Part shown: one piece after another, positions 40,688-53,813 of the stretch
How positions within the stretch are numbered: position 1 is the stretch's first letter
How the letters are laid out: each line of letters begins with the position of its first letter
Origin: Camelus ferus
Taxonomy: Eukaryota
Assembly (NCBI RefSeq): GCF_009834535.1
Contig: NC_045697.1
Location: 107,882,001-107,946,000, forward strand
DNA length: 64,000 nt
Direction of reading: 5' to 3'
Translations under genes and position numbers: made by a program
Notes under the pieces: model-generated
Told to the model about the DNA's origin: nothing
Databases searched by the model: none
Seen by the model: only the letters and a program-made list of their open reading frames with translations

Positions 40688-41200
40688 CTCAGACCTCTTC
40701 GGGAATCCCTGGGGAGCTGAACGGGCACCATCACTTTTACTCTGGGTGGGCGAGCACCACCCACTCCTGGTACCAAGACTAGTGCCCTCCCTCTGCGCCC
40801 TCAGGAGAGCTCCCCAAACAAATGTGTGATTTCTTCTTCATTAACCTATTTTTAGGTCTAAAATACTGCATCCAGACCACAGTCTCTTCACCACCCCTCA
40901 CGCCCACCACAATGCCTGGCCCTTAGGATGTGCTTAAATATATTTGTTGAGGAAGCTGCAGAATGAAATGTTTTCCGAGGCTGGTGACCGTATCTGGAAC
41001 AGCGTGTTTCAATGAGCGCAGTGTCACTAAGCACTAGAACGTGCTATGTCTTAACCGTGGGTGCACCTCACGGAGCCATCCTGATGTCAGTGGAGCAACA
41101 GCCGGAGGCCTGGTCTTCTGTGGAGGCGTCACATCAGGGCGCAGGTGTGGCTTCAGCTCTTGGGGTGGCACTGTCCTCCCTCAGGCCAGGGGTCTGGCTA

Positions 41201-41329
41201 TCACCCCGACAGCTGCCTCTCCAGAACCTCCTTGATCGCAGTGGGGTCTGCTCGGCCCAGAGTCGCTTTTCGGACCAACCCAATTAGTTTGTTTATCGCT
41301 CTGGGGTTTCCTTTCTTTAGATCCATCAC
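41201..41329 (-). CDS. GATB: Mitochondrial glutamyl-tRNA(Gln) amidotransferase subunit B (PET112), last coding exon [42 protein letters not shown]
   Basis: Minus strand tttaaag|GTG acceptor; 129 nt ending TGA followed by TAG; GatB/YqeY-like C-terminus; absent from the ORF track. Confidence 0.93.
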   Translation of the reverse strand: MMDLKKGNPRAINKLIGLVRKATLGRADPTAIKEVLERQLSG

Positions 41330-42633
41330 CTTTAAAGACAGAAACCGTCTTAGAGGAGAAAAGAAACTCTTGTCTGAAAATCCTAAATCAAGTTCATGTT
41401 CACTGAAACTTACATTCAGTTACTTTTTTTCTCTGAGACTTAGATACAGAATGAGAAAAGACAAGGGGAAGGCGTGAACTTCGGGGGAGGTTTCTGGGCT
41501 CCTGGCACAGGAGATATTTGCTACCTTGCCTTATTATTATTAAAAGGGACTGAGGATGGTGACATATCACACTGAGAAGCTGGCATGCAGGATGCCCCTC
41601 CTGGGCGATAATGAGCCCCCTCACTAATCCTCCAGTGGGGTTCAGCAGGCTCCCCACCAACTCCTGGCTGAGAAGCTCATTTACTAGTAGACAGACCCAC
41701 AAAAGGCCAGCTCTCAGGAGCATCTGGGTGTGGGAGTGGGAGTAGGAGTGCCCGGTGGGCAGGATGGGATGCGGGGCAGGGGAACGGAGTGCCTGTCAAA
41801 CAGCCACCGCGTCAGGGCCTCCCGCCCAACCTCCTGCTCTGCTGTGTCCGGATGGGCAAAAGCGTCTCCGAGTATCTGCACTCGGCACTGCAGAACGAGT
41901 CTGAAACTAAAAGAGTGTCTTTATCAGTCACTCCAGATGAGGCAGGAAGATGGAGATTGCTGGGCCCCAGCGCAAGCTCATTTTCCTTATCGAGAGCTCT
42001 TTACAGAGCTGTTAGTGTCTCCCGCAAGCTGATGGGTGGGTGGTATCGTTCTGAAAGGGAGGCTAGCCATTTTTCCCCATTGAAAAACATCTCTGGACAG
42101 TGTGATTAGACTCAAGGAGGGAGGGGTGCTCCTCATTTTTACCTTTTCTGCTTTGTTCTATGATCAGAACACAAAATGACTTGATTTCCAGCTATGTTCC
42201 TGTCAAGGATTTTCTCCATAATTTACAAATAATTTTCGCTTCTGCCTTTCTTCCCACCTCTCAAGGGCATGAAACTGAAGTGTTTCCCTCTTTCCCCTCT
42301 CTGCAGCCCTGCCTGCTGCTTTAGGATAGAGAGGTCCTCCTATAAGGCAGAGCGCCCCAACCCTGGGAGAGGACGCAGGCCTGGGAGGTGCAAACTTGCT
42401 AACACCCCCTTTAACCCAGACTCCGTGAGACTGAACTCCGGGGTGGATTTTCCTTCCAGGAAAAGCTGTGCTTTTCCAGTATTCACCTAATTTCATCTCT
42501 TCACCTTAGCTAAAAACTGACAAAAATAATTGGGGATTATGGACCATTATTAGGAGGAGCCTCTGGGCTCGGGAGGGCGGAGCCGCTCGGGCCGCGAAGC
42601 CCCGCCCCCCACCCCGCCCGCGGTGCTGGGTAC

Positions 42634-42768
42634 CACTTGAGGGTGGGCCTCCATCGTGGCGCGGCAGAGCTGCTCCAGCGCCTCGTCATCCTGCATCAGC
42701 TCCAGCTGCTTTTCTGCCACGATCTGGGCAGGAGTCTTCCCTTCGCTCCTCCACAGCTCCTCAAACAC
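42634..42768 (-). CDS. GATB: GATB coding exon [45 protein letters not shown]
   Basis: ctgtag|GTG acceptor, GTG|gtaccc donor; 135 nt, phase 0/0. Confidence 0.93.
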
Positions 42769-44363
42769 CTACAGCCAGAGGGGGATGAGTCAGCTCTCCC
42801 GCCAGCTCCATCGGCCGGGGCAGCGGAGCGGAAGCCCCAGCTGTGCGCAGACCCACCCCCAGGGGAGACGGATGGTCCTCCCCACTCACTGACTCAACTG
42901 GCACAGAAGGGAGGGGCGGGGAGGTGAGAGGACATGATTACTCGCAGGGCCCCTGTTGACATGACGTCCACTGAGTTAATTAATTGAGGAGACATTTTGG
43001 TGAAGGATGCAGGAGGTGACCAATGCACTTAGATGAAGTCATAACACTCAGCCTGCTGGGAAAAGTGATTTTAGTGGGGCGAGAGAGTGGCCTGTAAAGA
43101 GGATGCAAAACGGAAAATAACTAAAAACATCAATCACAATCCACAGGGGCCCCAGGCTTCCCTATCTACCCTCTAAGTAGACCTGGACCTGAATCTGACT
43201 ACAATAATCCGCAGTTAACAGTGTGGGTATTTTTCTACTAAAAAAAAAAAAAAAAAAAAAAAATAACAAACTTAATAAAGGTGGAAAAAAGGAAGACAGT
43301 TTTAGAGGTTCCCCAGGGCAGCTGTCCTCACTCCTCCTGTCTTTCCAGTGTGGGCCGGATGGGAGGGTTCCTACTAGCCTCTGCAGCTCCTCCTCCATCT
43401 CAGTCCATCCCAACCAGCAGTCAGTACCTGCACTACGACATTGCTGGCCAAGTGCTGGCCAGCAGGAGTCACCTGGCCTGGGGAACAGGCCGTAAGGCTT
43501 CAGCTCAGCTGCCGGAGGCCCACAGTGACCCTGGCCCAGAGGCATTCCTCTGAAAGCTTCCCCCACCCCCAGGGCGCCCCCTGGCTGCACACAGAAAAAC
43601 CTGTTGCTTTTTTAAGAAAAATACAGAACACAGGTGCCTCCAACTCAACTCCTCAAATGTTTATTCAGCCGATGATGAGTAAGGCACTGAGGAGACAGGG
43701 CACACAAGCAGGTAAGAACTCTCCCTGCTCTCCACAAGCTCAGGGATGGCATGTCAGTAGCAAGGGGACCGGGGCACAGAACAGTCTGTAATGCGGACTG
43801 GACCCCGGGAGCCAACAAGTCTAAAGGGCTTCTCTTTTCCCCAGTACAGATAACATTTGCTTCTCTTGAATTAAGACTTAGAATTTAAAAACACTGTTCC
43901 TAATTGTAAAAGTTAACACATGTCACTCTAAAAAATGAGTAAATACAGCATAGACAAAGAGAAATCAGGGATTCCCATGCCCTAGAGAGAACCCGTGTTA
44001 GTATTTTGGTGTTTTCCCTTCCCATCGGTTTCTGTTTCGTAAATAGTTGTGATCGCAGCACATAAACAGTTTGTAACCTGCTTCCATTTCACTTATTACA
44101 GAGGCACTTTCTTATATTAATACAAAAAATAATCTTAATATCCATCAAATGTACTCATCATAGTTTAATTAAATGACCCCTGCTGGCAGGTATTTAGACT
44201 TCGACCAGTGTTTATTTTGTTCATCTGCAAGGTCTCCTAAAAAAGTTCCTAGTGGAAAATGTCCAACATCCAGGAAGAGAGAGTAGAGATCTCAAGAGAG
44301 GTCCAGACCTCTGGCTCATAACAAATCACCTGCAAGGACTTGCTGATAAAGAATCTGTGCAGC

Positions 44364-44516
44364 CAGGGAACTATATTCAACACCTCATAATGGCCTATAA
44401 TGAAAAGGAATATGAAAAGGAAGATATATATATATATATATATCTCAATCACTATGCTGTACACCAGAAACTAACATAAGATTATAAACTGACTATACTT
44501 CAATAATATAATAATG
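44364..44516 (+). mobile_element. 153-bp 5'-truncated L1 3' end with perfect 15-bp TSD
   Basis: AAGAATCTGTGCAGC at 44349-44363 and 44517-44531 flanks an L1 3' terminal sequence. Confidence 0.9.
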
Positions 44517-45664
44517 AAGAATCTGTGCAGCAACTTTTTACAGGGAAGCCTGGCAGATGTGGACGCTGCTGGCGGCCCGGGCCTGCGAGCCAGCGGGCCT
44601 GGCAGTCATGTGGCTGACAGTGCAGAGCAGAGCCGAGCTGACCGCCCAGGGGTCAGCTGCCTGGCACCCAGTATAGCTGGGACCCGACAGGCCCAAATAC
44701 TGGTTGGATCTGCCTGAGCCAAAATAACCAGAACAGAGGTGAGGTGAGATAGCTCAGGGATCATGGCCAAGCCACACCACTCAGCAGGAAAAGCAGGACA
44801 GCGCTGGGATGGATGCTTTACATGCAGAGAGGCTGGCTGCTCCCCGAGAGAGAGGGGCTGTTTAGGGTGGGGGACCAAGGAGTGACGCTAGGGAAGCAAA
44901 CGTCAGGGGCCTCCAGGGACAAATGCCTGGTGGCGGGAGTGTCCTCTATTCCCGGAGTTAGGACGACCAGCTTATTAACTTCCCAAATTAGTCAAGTGCT
45001 GTCACAGCCCAGCCCCTGCCCCCTGGGCTGACACAGGATTCCAGCACCCAACCCTCCGCTTATTCCTATTTAAGACACAGATCGTGCACTCCTGGCTGGA
45101 GCCCAGCAGGGTGGCAGCCAGTGAAGCGGGCTAGCTGCCTCCAGGCCAGGCTCCGCGGGCTCTTCTGGCCCCCTTGCGGCAAACACAACATGGCACAGAT
45201 CCTCAGCTCTGTCTGCCTTCAAAGCCCCAGCCCGGGAAGTGCTGTCCACGTACAATGGTTTCTGGCCCAGCCTGCAGCCACCCACCCAAGACAGACCTAT
45301 AACGAAGGGTTCCTGCTGCAATGCTGGTCATGTGTGCTAATGAATGGCCGCCAAGAGTGGGGGGCGATGCAAGCGGGGACCCCTGGTCACACTTCGACCA
45401 CAGGAGCCGGCTCTGACACGCGGGGCGGAAACCCAGCCTTGGGTTCCTGGTGACTAAATTCACACACCCTCTTAACTACCACCCATCGGTTTCTCTAGCT
45501 GAAGTGATTTTTAAAGCATCTGGAAGGAAGTACGAAAGGAAAGCACCCAGGCTTCTGGCCTGTCCCTGTTCCACGGCTTCGGGGTCAGAGTGCGGGGGGG
45601 AAAAGACCCATCCCAGGGACAGGGCAGGAAGGGGGCGGTGACAAGAGAGAGGGGGTCCTCTTAG

Positions 45665-46212
45665 AAGACAGTCTGGCAGGTCCTCAAAATATTCAAAATG
45701 CAATTACCAGATGACCCAGAAATTCCGTTCCCATAGGTATATCCCCAAGATATTTGAAAACACAGGCACAAACAAAAACCTGTACATACATGTTCACAGC
45801 CAACATAACTCGTAAGAGCCCAAACGCGGAAACTACACAGCTGCCCATTACTGATGAACGACAGACAGAACGTGGTTAGGTCCACACTGGAGTATTCTCC
45901 AGCCATAAAAAGGCAGGAAGTGCCGACACTTGTTACAACTTGGACTCTGAAAACACAATCTCAGGTGAAAGAAGCCAGACACAAGACGCCACTTGCTGTA
46001 TGAGTGCATTTAAATTAAAAGTCCAGAACAGACAAGTCCAGAGACAGAAAACAGATTACTGGTTGCCTAGGATGCAGGGTTAATCAGGAGATGCAGGGTT
46101 TGTTTCCTAGGGTGATGAAGATGCTCTGGAATTACATAGTGGTGATGGTTGTACAACTTTGTGACTATCCTAAAAACCAATGAACCATATACTTCATGAA
46201 AAAAAAAAAACC
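45665..46212 (+). mobile_element. Ancient L1 (L1MB/MC-like) 3' end
   Basis: gacccagaaattcc...gccataaaaagg...gaaagaagccagacacaa...gtggtgatggttgtacaac followed by A tail. Confidence 0.78.
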
Positions 46213-47670
46213 CTAAAATCAGTACACTAAAACCTCTTATTTTCGAAAATCTTATTCCTCTAACCTCCCATCTGCCCATCCCATCAACCAATCCCTCTAA
46301 CACAATGTATTCATGGAAAAATGCCTGGGACAATGCTCAGCCAGAATTAATGGCAGTTATTCTGAGGTCGTAGTATCTGAAAATCTTTGTATTTTTCTGC
46401 ATTACTTAAGTTCTTTATAATAAACAAATAGCATTTTTCCACCAGAAAATTGGTGATTTTTTAAAAACAGAAAACAAAGTAGAAAAATCAAAAAGCAACC
46501 CCCCAAGACAACGGTGTATGAGGGAGATTGCCTTATGTGACACACATTTAATACCTTGCTAAACAGACTTTTATGTCAGTTCTGTGACTGCCTCACAGGA
46601 GGCAGGATTCACTGCTTTACACATGCTGGAAGTCGACAGAACCCAAAAGCATCTCTATCTGTATCTGAACCCGGCTGTCGGCATCTCCCGTCTCTTCCCA
46701 CGGAACCCGTCAGACTCGCTGCGCTAGGTTCTCCTTGGTGGGGCAGGTGTGTGGGAGGGGGAAGGTTTTTCCCTTTTTGGTTTCAAATGCTACAGTCTGT
46801 CTGCTCTTATGCGTGTATATATAGTCCCCTTCTGCCCTCAGGCCATCTAATCTTTCTGCTACTGCTGAGCACTGTCATAAACATTTGTATTCCCCTGACA
46901 CCCAGGCAGCTAAAACCCTCTCCTAAGTGCAGTGCAGGCCCGCACTTCCCAGCCTCACTTGGTGGTGGGTAAACAAAGCCTTTATTAGCTCCCGGCTCCA
47001 GTTTCCCAGCACAGAGCCGGGTGGCTGCTCCACGGTGCCTTGTAATTAGCCCAAAGCAGCCACTTTTCCAAAGCCTCGCTTTGTAACCTGCCACTGCTGT
47101 CGACGTGTATAAATATTAAATGCAAAAGGCACCATTAAAATAACATTAAGTTTCTGGCTGAAGCATTGACAGCTGCGACATCAGAAGTTGAGATCAGGCA
47201 GCCACCTTGGTGTTCCTCATCCTTCTGGGTGCTTACTTGTCAGGGTCTTCTGAATCCTGGGCATCCTGCGCCCACCGGAGACTGTCAGGTGGAAGTGGAG
47301 ATGAGGCGGGAGGCCGCCTTTGATGATGATGCTTCTTTTCTGAGTTTTCACACACTGGGCATGCGTGTAAATTTTTATCTAGGTGCGAGGCAGGCTGACC
47401 TCACCCTCCTGGCTGGAAGACTGACTTTCAGGGGCGACCACATGCCAAGATGAATGTGCCCCTGGATGGGAGAGGGAGGATGAGGGCTGGGGACAGGGCA
47501 CGGGGGGAGCGTGCACAGTCTGAAGCTCCCAGGAGCTGCAGGGCCCCACCTTTCACATAAATGTTTGGGAAACATTCCAGGCAAAGCCAAACAATAACTC
47601 CTCCCTCTGGTTAGCGCAGATGAGAAGCAAATTACCTGTGCCAGACGCTTCTGGCAGCGGACGCACATAC

Positions 47671-47749
47671 CTGCTTAGCTGCGGATGAAGAGATGGCCTT
47701 CCTCTCCACCAGGTTGAGCAGCTCCGCCAGGGCAGAAGGGGTGACAGGA
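47671..47749 (-). CDS. GATB: GATB coding exon (S)[26 protein letters not shown]
   Basis: gccag|T acceptor, CAG|gtatgt donor; 79 nt, phase 2/0. Confidence 0.92.
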
Positions 47750-50700
47750 CTGGCAGCCCCCAAAAGGAGAGAAGGAACATTTCCATTTCACTCTGTCGGC
47801 CTCCACATTTAGGGTCACTCAAAAGCAAAGCACTTGACTTTGTAGGTTTGAATAATTAAACCCCCGCCCAGGAATGAAAAGAAAGGCCAACTGGGCTCTA
47901 TTTTATTTATATATCTCGTATTCTAGGATATAACACATTTCTGTGACTAGTGTTGTTTTTCTTTATTTCACCACCGACAATAACCGCTGTTTGGCAGAAG
48001 TTGTAGCAACAGACAACTGCTCAGTTTAATTAGTCAAAAAAAAAGGAGGTGGCTGCAAAATTCATGAACCACGATAAGAAAAGAAAAGAAAAGAAAAAAC
48101 CCAGTAATTAAATATTGTCAACTAAAAGATCAGCCTAAAAATTACTTCAAACAAAACAGCTAACAAAGACACTTTTCTGAGTGTTTTCTGGCAAATATAA
48201 ATTTTTTAATTGGAAGAGCTTTTCTTGTAGGGACGCAATGAGTACCAGCCACGTGGTTACCGGCCTCACGGGCGGCCACACTCAGTCCTGTCCTGCAGCC
48301 TCTCGGCAGCTTTCCGGACTCAGAAGGGCCCAGACTCCATTATATCTACACATCTAGGAAGCGACTTACTTGCCAAGATCTCATGATATACAAGGCCGAA
48401 GGGCAACCAAACACATAAAGTGTCATCAGGTCACACTCAGGGCAAGAGCTGGGGTGAATGTTGAGGATTAGTGAGAACACAAGCCTGAATTACAGACTAT
48501 TTCTTGTAAAATAGATGGTTTTGATACTTTTAAACACATACAGCAATAGGCTAATGAAACGCTGTCTATCTGAGGTCACGAGGGGGTGAGCTTCAAACAG
48601 ACTGCCAACGACTCATAGCACAGAAGGCTCTGTGGAAACGAAATCTTCGGAGATGCTCCTAATGCCACTTGAAAACCCCTTTAAGTCTCACTTCCATCAT
48701 TCACTGTTCACACTTCTTTGTAAGCTCTCAGACAATAAAAAAGAAATGACCGCTTCGCCCCTTATGCCCATTTCCCGGAATTCCAAACCAACCACGTGCA
48801 AGCTCACCAGGTCGGACCGACCGGACTCTGACTCAGGTCCAGTGAAGCCTCATGGGGCTGCTCACGTGGGACTGCGGGCCCATCGTCCTTCAAGTGTCTG
48901 TTCATCCCCAAGTGTGGATAAAAGGTAATTCCCGGAGGAAACCGGCTTTGGAGAGTGCCTGGCGGCACTAAGTTGGTATTTGGAACGGCTGTGAGCCACC
49001 CTGATTAATTAACTCTCATCAGGACGAGGCCAGAGGGCTAGGGAATAAACGGGAACCCTTCTCCAACCTCCCGCCCTTACCGACAAGTAATAAAGAATCC
49101 AGGTTGTTTTAAAAATTCGGGTTTCTTGGATGTCCTACAATCCTAGTCAACACAAAGGCCAATGAGAGCGCAGACCGTGGGCAGAACCTGTACTAAGCAC
49201 TGCGTTGAACTAGATTTCTTGAGCCTGCGAAAGGAAGGGTCCTTGCTCCCGTATGAACGATGATAAAGGGCTGTGGGGACAGAAATAGAATACAGCGCAG
49301 CTAAAAATACTTGGCTTTTCATCCGGCGACCTTAATTCACTATAAAGTATCTCCACCAACCTTGCAGCTTGTGGGATATCTCAATCACTCTTTTGTAGCC
49401 ACCGTGCGTGACACACAGTAGGGCAACAGTATCTGTGTCATGGACTTCTCCCCCGCCCCTCGGGACTTCTCTCCTCCGACCCAACAAGGACGGCTGGTCT
49501 CCTGCACAGACTCATTCCAGCCGTGCCAGGGCCAACCTCGAGTAAGACAGTGACAAAGATCAGGACCTGTCACCCTGATCCGGAGAGGCCCCCTCATAGT
49601 TAAATAAATAAACCACGTGGTGTGGAACATAATGCGAGAGAGGCCCAAGCTACGCATGTGCTGCTGTCAGGTCGTACTGGTTTCTGGACCGTGAGTGTCT
49701 CCACCACAGAAGAACCTGACATGGAAGCCGTGGGCTCCGTGTGCTGGTCTCCAATCCCGAGCCCGGTGCATCCACAGATGCGGGGACGTGGGGTCTGTCA
49801 GGCCTTCCGGCTTCCCCCAGTCCCTCAGAGCCCTTTTAGGATCACAGCTCCATCTCCAGCTTGGGTTCTGGGAGCAGACACCTGACACTTCGACAGCCAC
49901 GCTGGTACCCATGAAACACATGGCCCGTCTCAGTCCCCAGGCTCACCTGAGGCCCAAAGTCCATGGGACACGAGACGCTGGCGGAGGAAGACAGGCGTGG
50001 ACATCCAGGTAGCTCATGCTGCTCAGTAATCCTTCTGGTCAACTCACTAGTTTCCTGACGCCCCTACCTGGTGCCCCCACCCAAGCAATGGTCTTAGTCT
50101 CCTTCCCACCCCCCGCCCCCTTCTCAGCAGATCCTCACCTCCCACATCACCAGGACACCAGTGAGACAAGGCTCAGAATTTTCCAGGGTGCCCTCCTCCT
50201 CCCTCACACAACCCCTCCGCCCATGCGCCAGACCTCATCACTTTCCACCCCACCTTCCTCTCTCCTCTCTGCTACTCGGGTACCCATTTCCTCTCTCCTG
50301 CGGCTTTAATCCCACACCTTCACAAACGCTCCGGGCTTCCCTCTCTTGAAAATGCCTTCCAGTGAGCTTGCGGTCACTTGCTTCTGCCTGGTTTCTTATC
50401 TATTCTTTACCTATAGAGAGCATCAGTGGCTGCCATCTGCCTTCGCAAGCACACGTCGCTTCGACTCCAACTCTATCCCTCCAAGGAAGCTGTGCTCTTA
50501 AAAACTCGCCTCCCCTCACTTATGGCCAAACGTCACAGCGTCCCCAGCCTGCCGCACCCTGACTCCTGGGCAGACCATAAACGTCTGTGAAAATCCCTCC
50601 TCCTGGGCCTCGGGTTCCCTTCCTCCTCCCTGACTGCCCTCTTCCATGTCCTCCTGCTCACGAGGAGGGGCCCGGGGCTCCGCCTCAGTCTGACAGAGAA

Positions 50701-50804
50701 GGAAAGCACCCCTGTCCCCAGGCTGCCGCTGCCCTCAGGGCCCGGGCCCCCCCGCCCACCGGTCAGCTGCCCCGCAGAGGGCCCGGCCCCAACAGGCTCT
50801 AAGC

Positions 50805-50965
50805 CTGGGGTCGGCAAACTTCTGGAAGGTGCCCAAGAGTAAGTACTTAAGGCTCTGTGGGACTCACCTGGTCTCAGTCACATGGTCTTTGTTTTGACTC
50901 ATATGAGAGGTAATAACCATCCTCAGCTCACAGGCTGGATACAAAGAGGCTTGCGGCAGGGACCT
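50805..50965. mobile_element. MER58-like hAT fragment
   Basis: ggggtcggcaaact terminus and aaccatcctcagctcacaggc internal motif. Confidence 0.5.
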
Positions 50966-53679
50966 CTAACAGGCTCCGGCCTCCTGCGCCCCATCTTGGA
51001 TGCTGCCCCGCCCGTCACACGCTGGACTGACCCTCCTGTCAGCACCAGTGCCTTCTCGGCTGAAAAGCTTCCCCTGGTTTCCTAGCGCCTCAGTTGCCAA
51101 GGCTGCCCTGCAAGTCTGGGTAAACAGCTGGAGTGCACAACTGGACAGCTGCACTTGCCTGATCTTACCAGGAAATGCCTGCTCGGGAAATCTGTTATTT
51201 CCACTTTCTTAAGTAAATCAAACCTGTTATGAATAGTTATTTATGAGTTACTAATCAAAGGCCAACTTCCAAAGCAATACACTCGAAACAATCAAAGTGC
51301 CAAGTTCAACTAGAGCTTTCTGGGTTGGACTCTTTAAACATCTCTTTCAGGCAGTTTCCAAAGATGAATGCTCATTTGCAAAATCAGTTCCTGCCGATGT
51401 GATCTCTGGAGGGCTCCCAGACTGGTGTCATCACGGGAACACTGCTAGCTTCATGGCTACTGCTGTTCTCCGCTTTGGAAACGTGAGCCCCGGTGCCGAG
51501 GTCGCTCGCTGGCTACGTGCCCTCCCTGGTGAGGCTGGTGGACACACGCAGCCCAGCCAGCGCTGCTCTGAGCTGTGGAGCTGGGGGATCTGCCACAGCT
51601 TGGTTCTGGCCCCTCAGTTCCTGCTCCACAAAAACTGTAAGAACCGTTGCTCAGCCTCCTCCTTACTTGACTTGGAACAACCAAGTACACTTTTATTGAG
51701 CGGTTGGTGCCCTTGGGTTCTTAAAACTCTAGTGCTTATGAACTGTTTGGATAAATATCGGGGGCTCGAATTCAACTCCAAGTTCAACCCCAGCTCCTCT
51801 AGAAGCTCCCCAAATGGTTGTTAAGCAAACCCCTAACTTCACAGATCAACATAGGAAGAAACTGACCTGAAAGTCAGGGGACTGGCTTCCAGCCTGAGCA
51901 GGTGGGCACCTCACCCCCAGGGCCTGGATCTCCTCCTCTGCTAAAGGCCAGAGCCCAACCAGAAGGCATCTCAGGTCTCCGCCGAGACTGAGATTCAGTG
52001 ACTCAAGTGACATCACAGCCGACAAAGTGGAAAAACTTATTTAAAGCTAAGATTGGCCTCTCCTGCAAAAGCTCAAACCACTCTGCCTCCCGCTGGGACC
52101 ATCCACTGTGTCCCCCCCACACTAGAATCTGCGGCTCATTCTGTCCTTCTCGACACTTCCCTTTTCTCTGGCTTCTGTGACCCCCACACTCCTGGTTCTC
52201 CCCGTCCTCTGCCTACATTCGGTGGTTAAAGTCCAGGGGGGTCTCGGGCCCCTTCCGCAGCTGCCGGTCGCACTGTTTCCTCCCCGACTGCTCTCATCTG
52301 CTCCCATGGCTTCTCGTACCATCTACTTGCCGCCGAGTCCATGATCCACATACATGGGCTGTGCGCTGCCTTCACCCCCAAGACTCTGACGTGCGCTGGT
52401 CCCTGTGCCTGGAGCGCTCGGACCCCCGTGGCCCGCCTGGCCCCACTCACCCTTCACACAGGGCACAGCTCAGCTGCTCCCGCCCCTTCTCAGGGAACTC
52501 GGCTCACTGCTTCATGGTCACTAGCCTCTAGACTGGCAGCTCCAAGAGCAGGGACCACATCTGTCTTTGGGACTGGTTTCCCCATGTTCGGCACAGAACT
52601 TGGCACGGGGCAGAGTCTAAACTAACCCACTCTTGGATTTACACCTCCGAGACAGATGTCTCTCATCAGCTGCCATGGGTCACCCCACTAGGGGGACATC
52701 TGTCCCACAGGCAGCTCAAACCCAGGGTGTCCAAAAGGAACACAGCGTCCTCCACACCCTGTCCCCCTTCCCTCACCCCCGGCCACGCTGAAAGGCGCTG
52801 CCCCCATCTTGCTCCACAGCCCGTTCCTGGGACCTGCAGGTGTGAAATCACTGCCCTCACCTTGGTCACCTCACTCAGTGATGCCACCACACTCGGGCAC
52901 AGGGCGTTTCTCATGGGCGCTCCTGTAAGAGGGGCCCAACCAGGCTTCCCACCTCTGGTCCATATTCCATCCCACCCTCTAGAGGGAAACTCGAGTGAGC
53001 TGTGCTCTTAGGCTTTTGAGGGCTGCTAACAAAGGCAGGTGAAGCCACCGGGTGGCCCTCTCCCATCTCTGAAGTTCCCTCCGTCCCTCCTGAGGCCCCC
53101 GGAGCTTCTGGGTCTTCTGAGCCTCCCACGCCTGCTGGTCTCCGAGCGTCATGGTCCACGACTGACGATCGTGCCCCTGCTCTGGATGCCCTGCCTCTCC
53201 CAGCCCTTGGCAACTCCCACTAGTCCCTCAGGGCTCGGCCTCTGAGGAACCTCGCTCTCCCTTCTCAGGGAGTGCCTGGCTGACCCCCCGCCTTGGTGCA
53301 GCTCCCCTTTCTGCGCATTCGCAGCAGCCTGTGCGCACCTGCGGCCCAACAGCGCCAGCCGAACGCCTGAGGCGCCCTTCTGCTTCTCCCGGGTTTGTAT
53401 CCCGCACCCACTTGTCAACTCCCTGCCTTACACACCTTCAGGCCCTCAGCCCAGCATGGAATAAAGGACAGCATGGAGAGTCGGAGGTTTGAATAAATGA
53501 CCTTTCAGATGTGATGGCGGACAGCTTTAGGATTTGGGATTCACAGGGGACATCTGTATCTTGTCAGGGGATCCTGAGGACAGAGGCCCTGTGCTATCTC
53601 AAGTGCTTCTGGACAGAGTTCATCACAAAGGGAGACCAGCCCCCAGACCCACCGTCCCACCCACGCCGTCCCCACTCAC

Positions 53680-53813
53680 CTCTCACTAACAGCAAGGTTC
53701 TGCTGCTTTAAAAAACCCAGAAAAGTGTTGAGGACCCAACTAGCCACTTTTTTTGGCTCTGCCCTAGTTTCTTTCATCACATTTTGGAAGAACTCCAGTA
53801 GGCCAACTTCATT
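53680..53813 (-). CDS. GATB: GATB coding exon [44 protein letters not shown](S)
   Basis: tttacag|AAT acceptor, AG|gtgagt donor; 134 nt, phase 0/2; upstream exons lie beyond the window. Confidence 0.93.
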
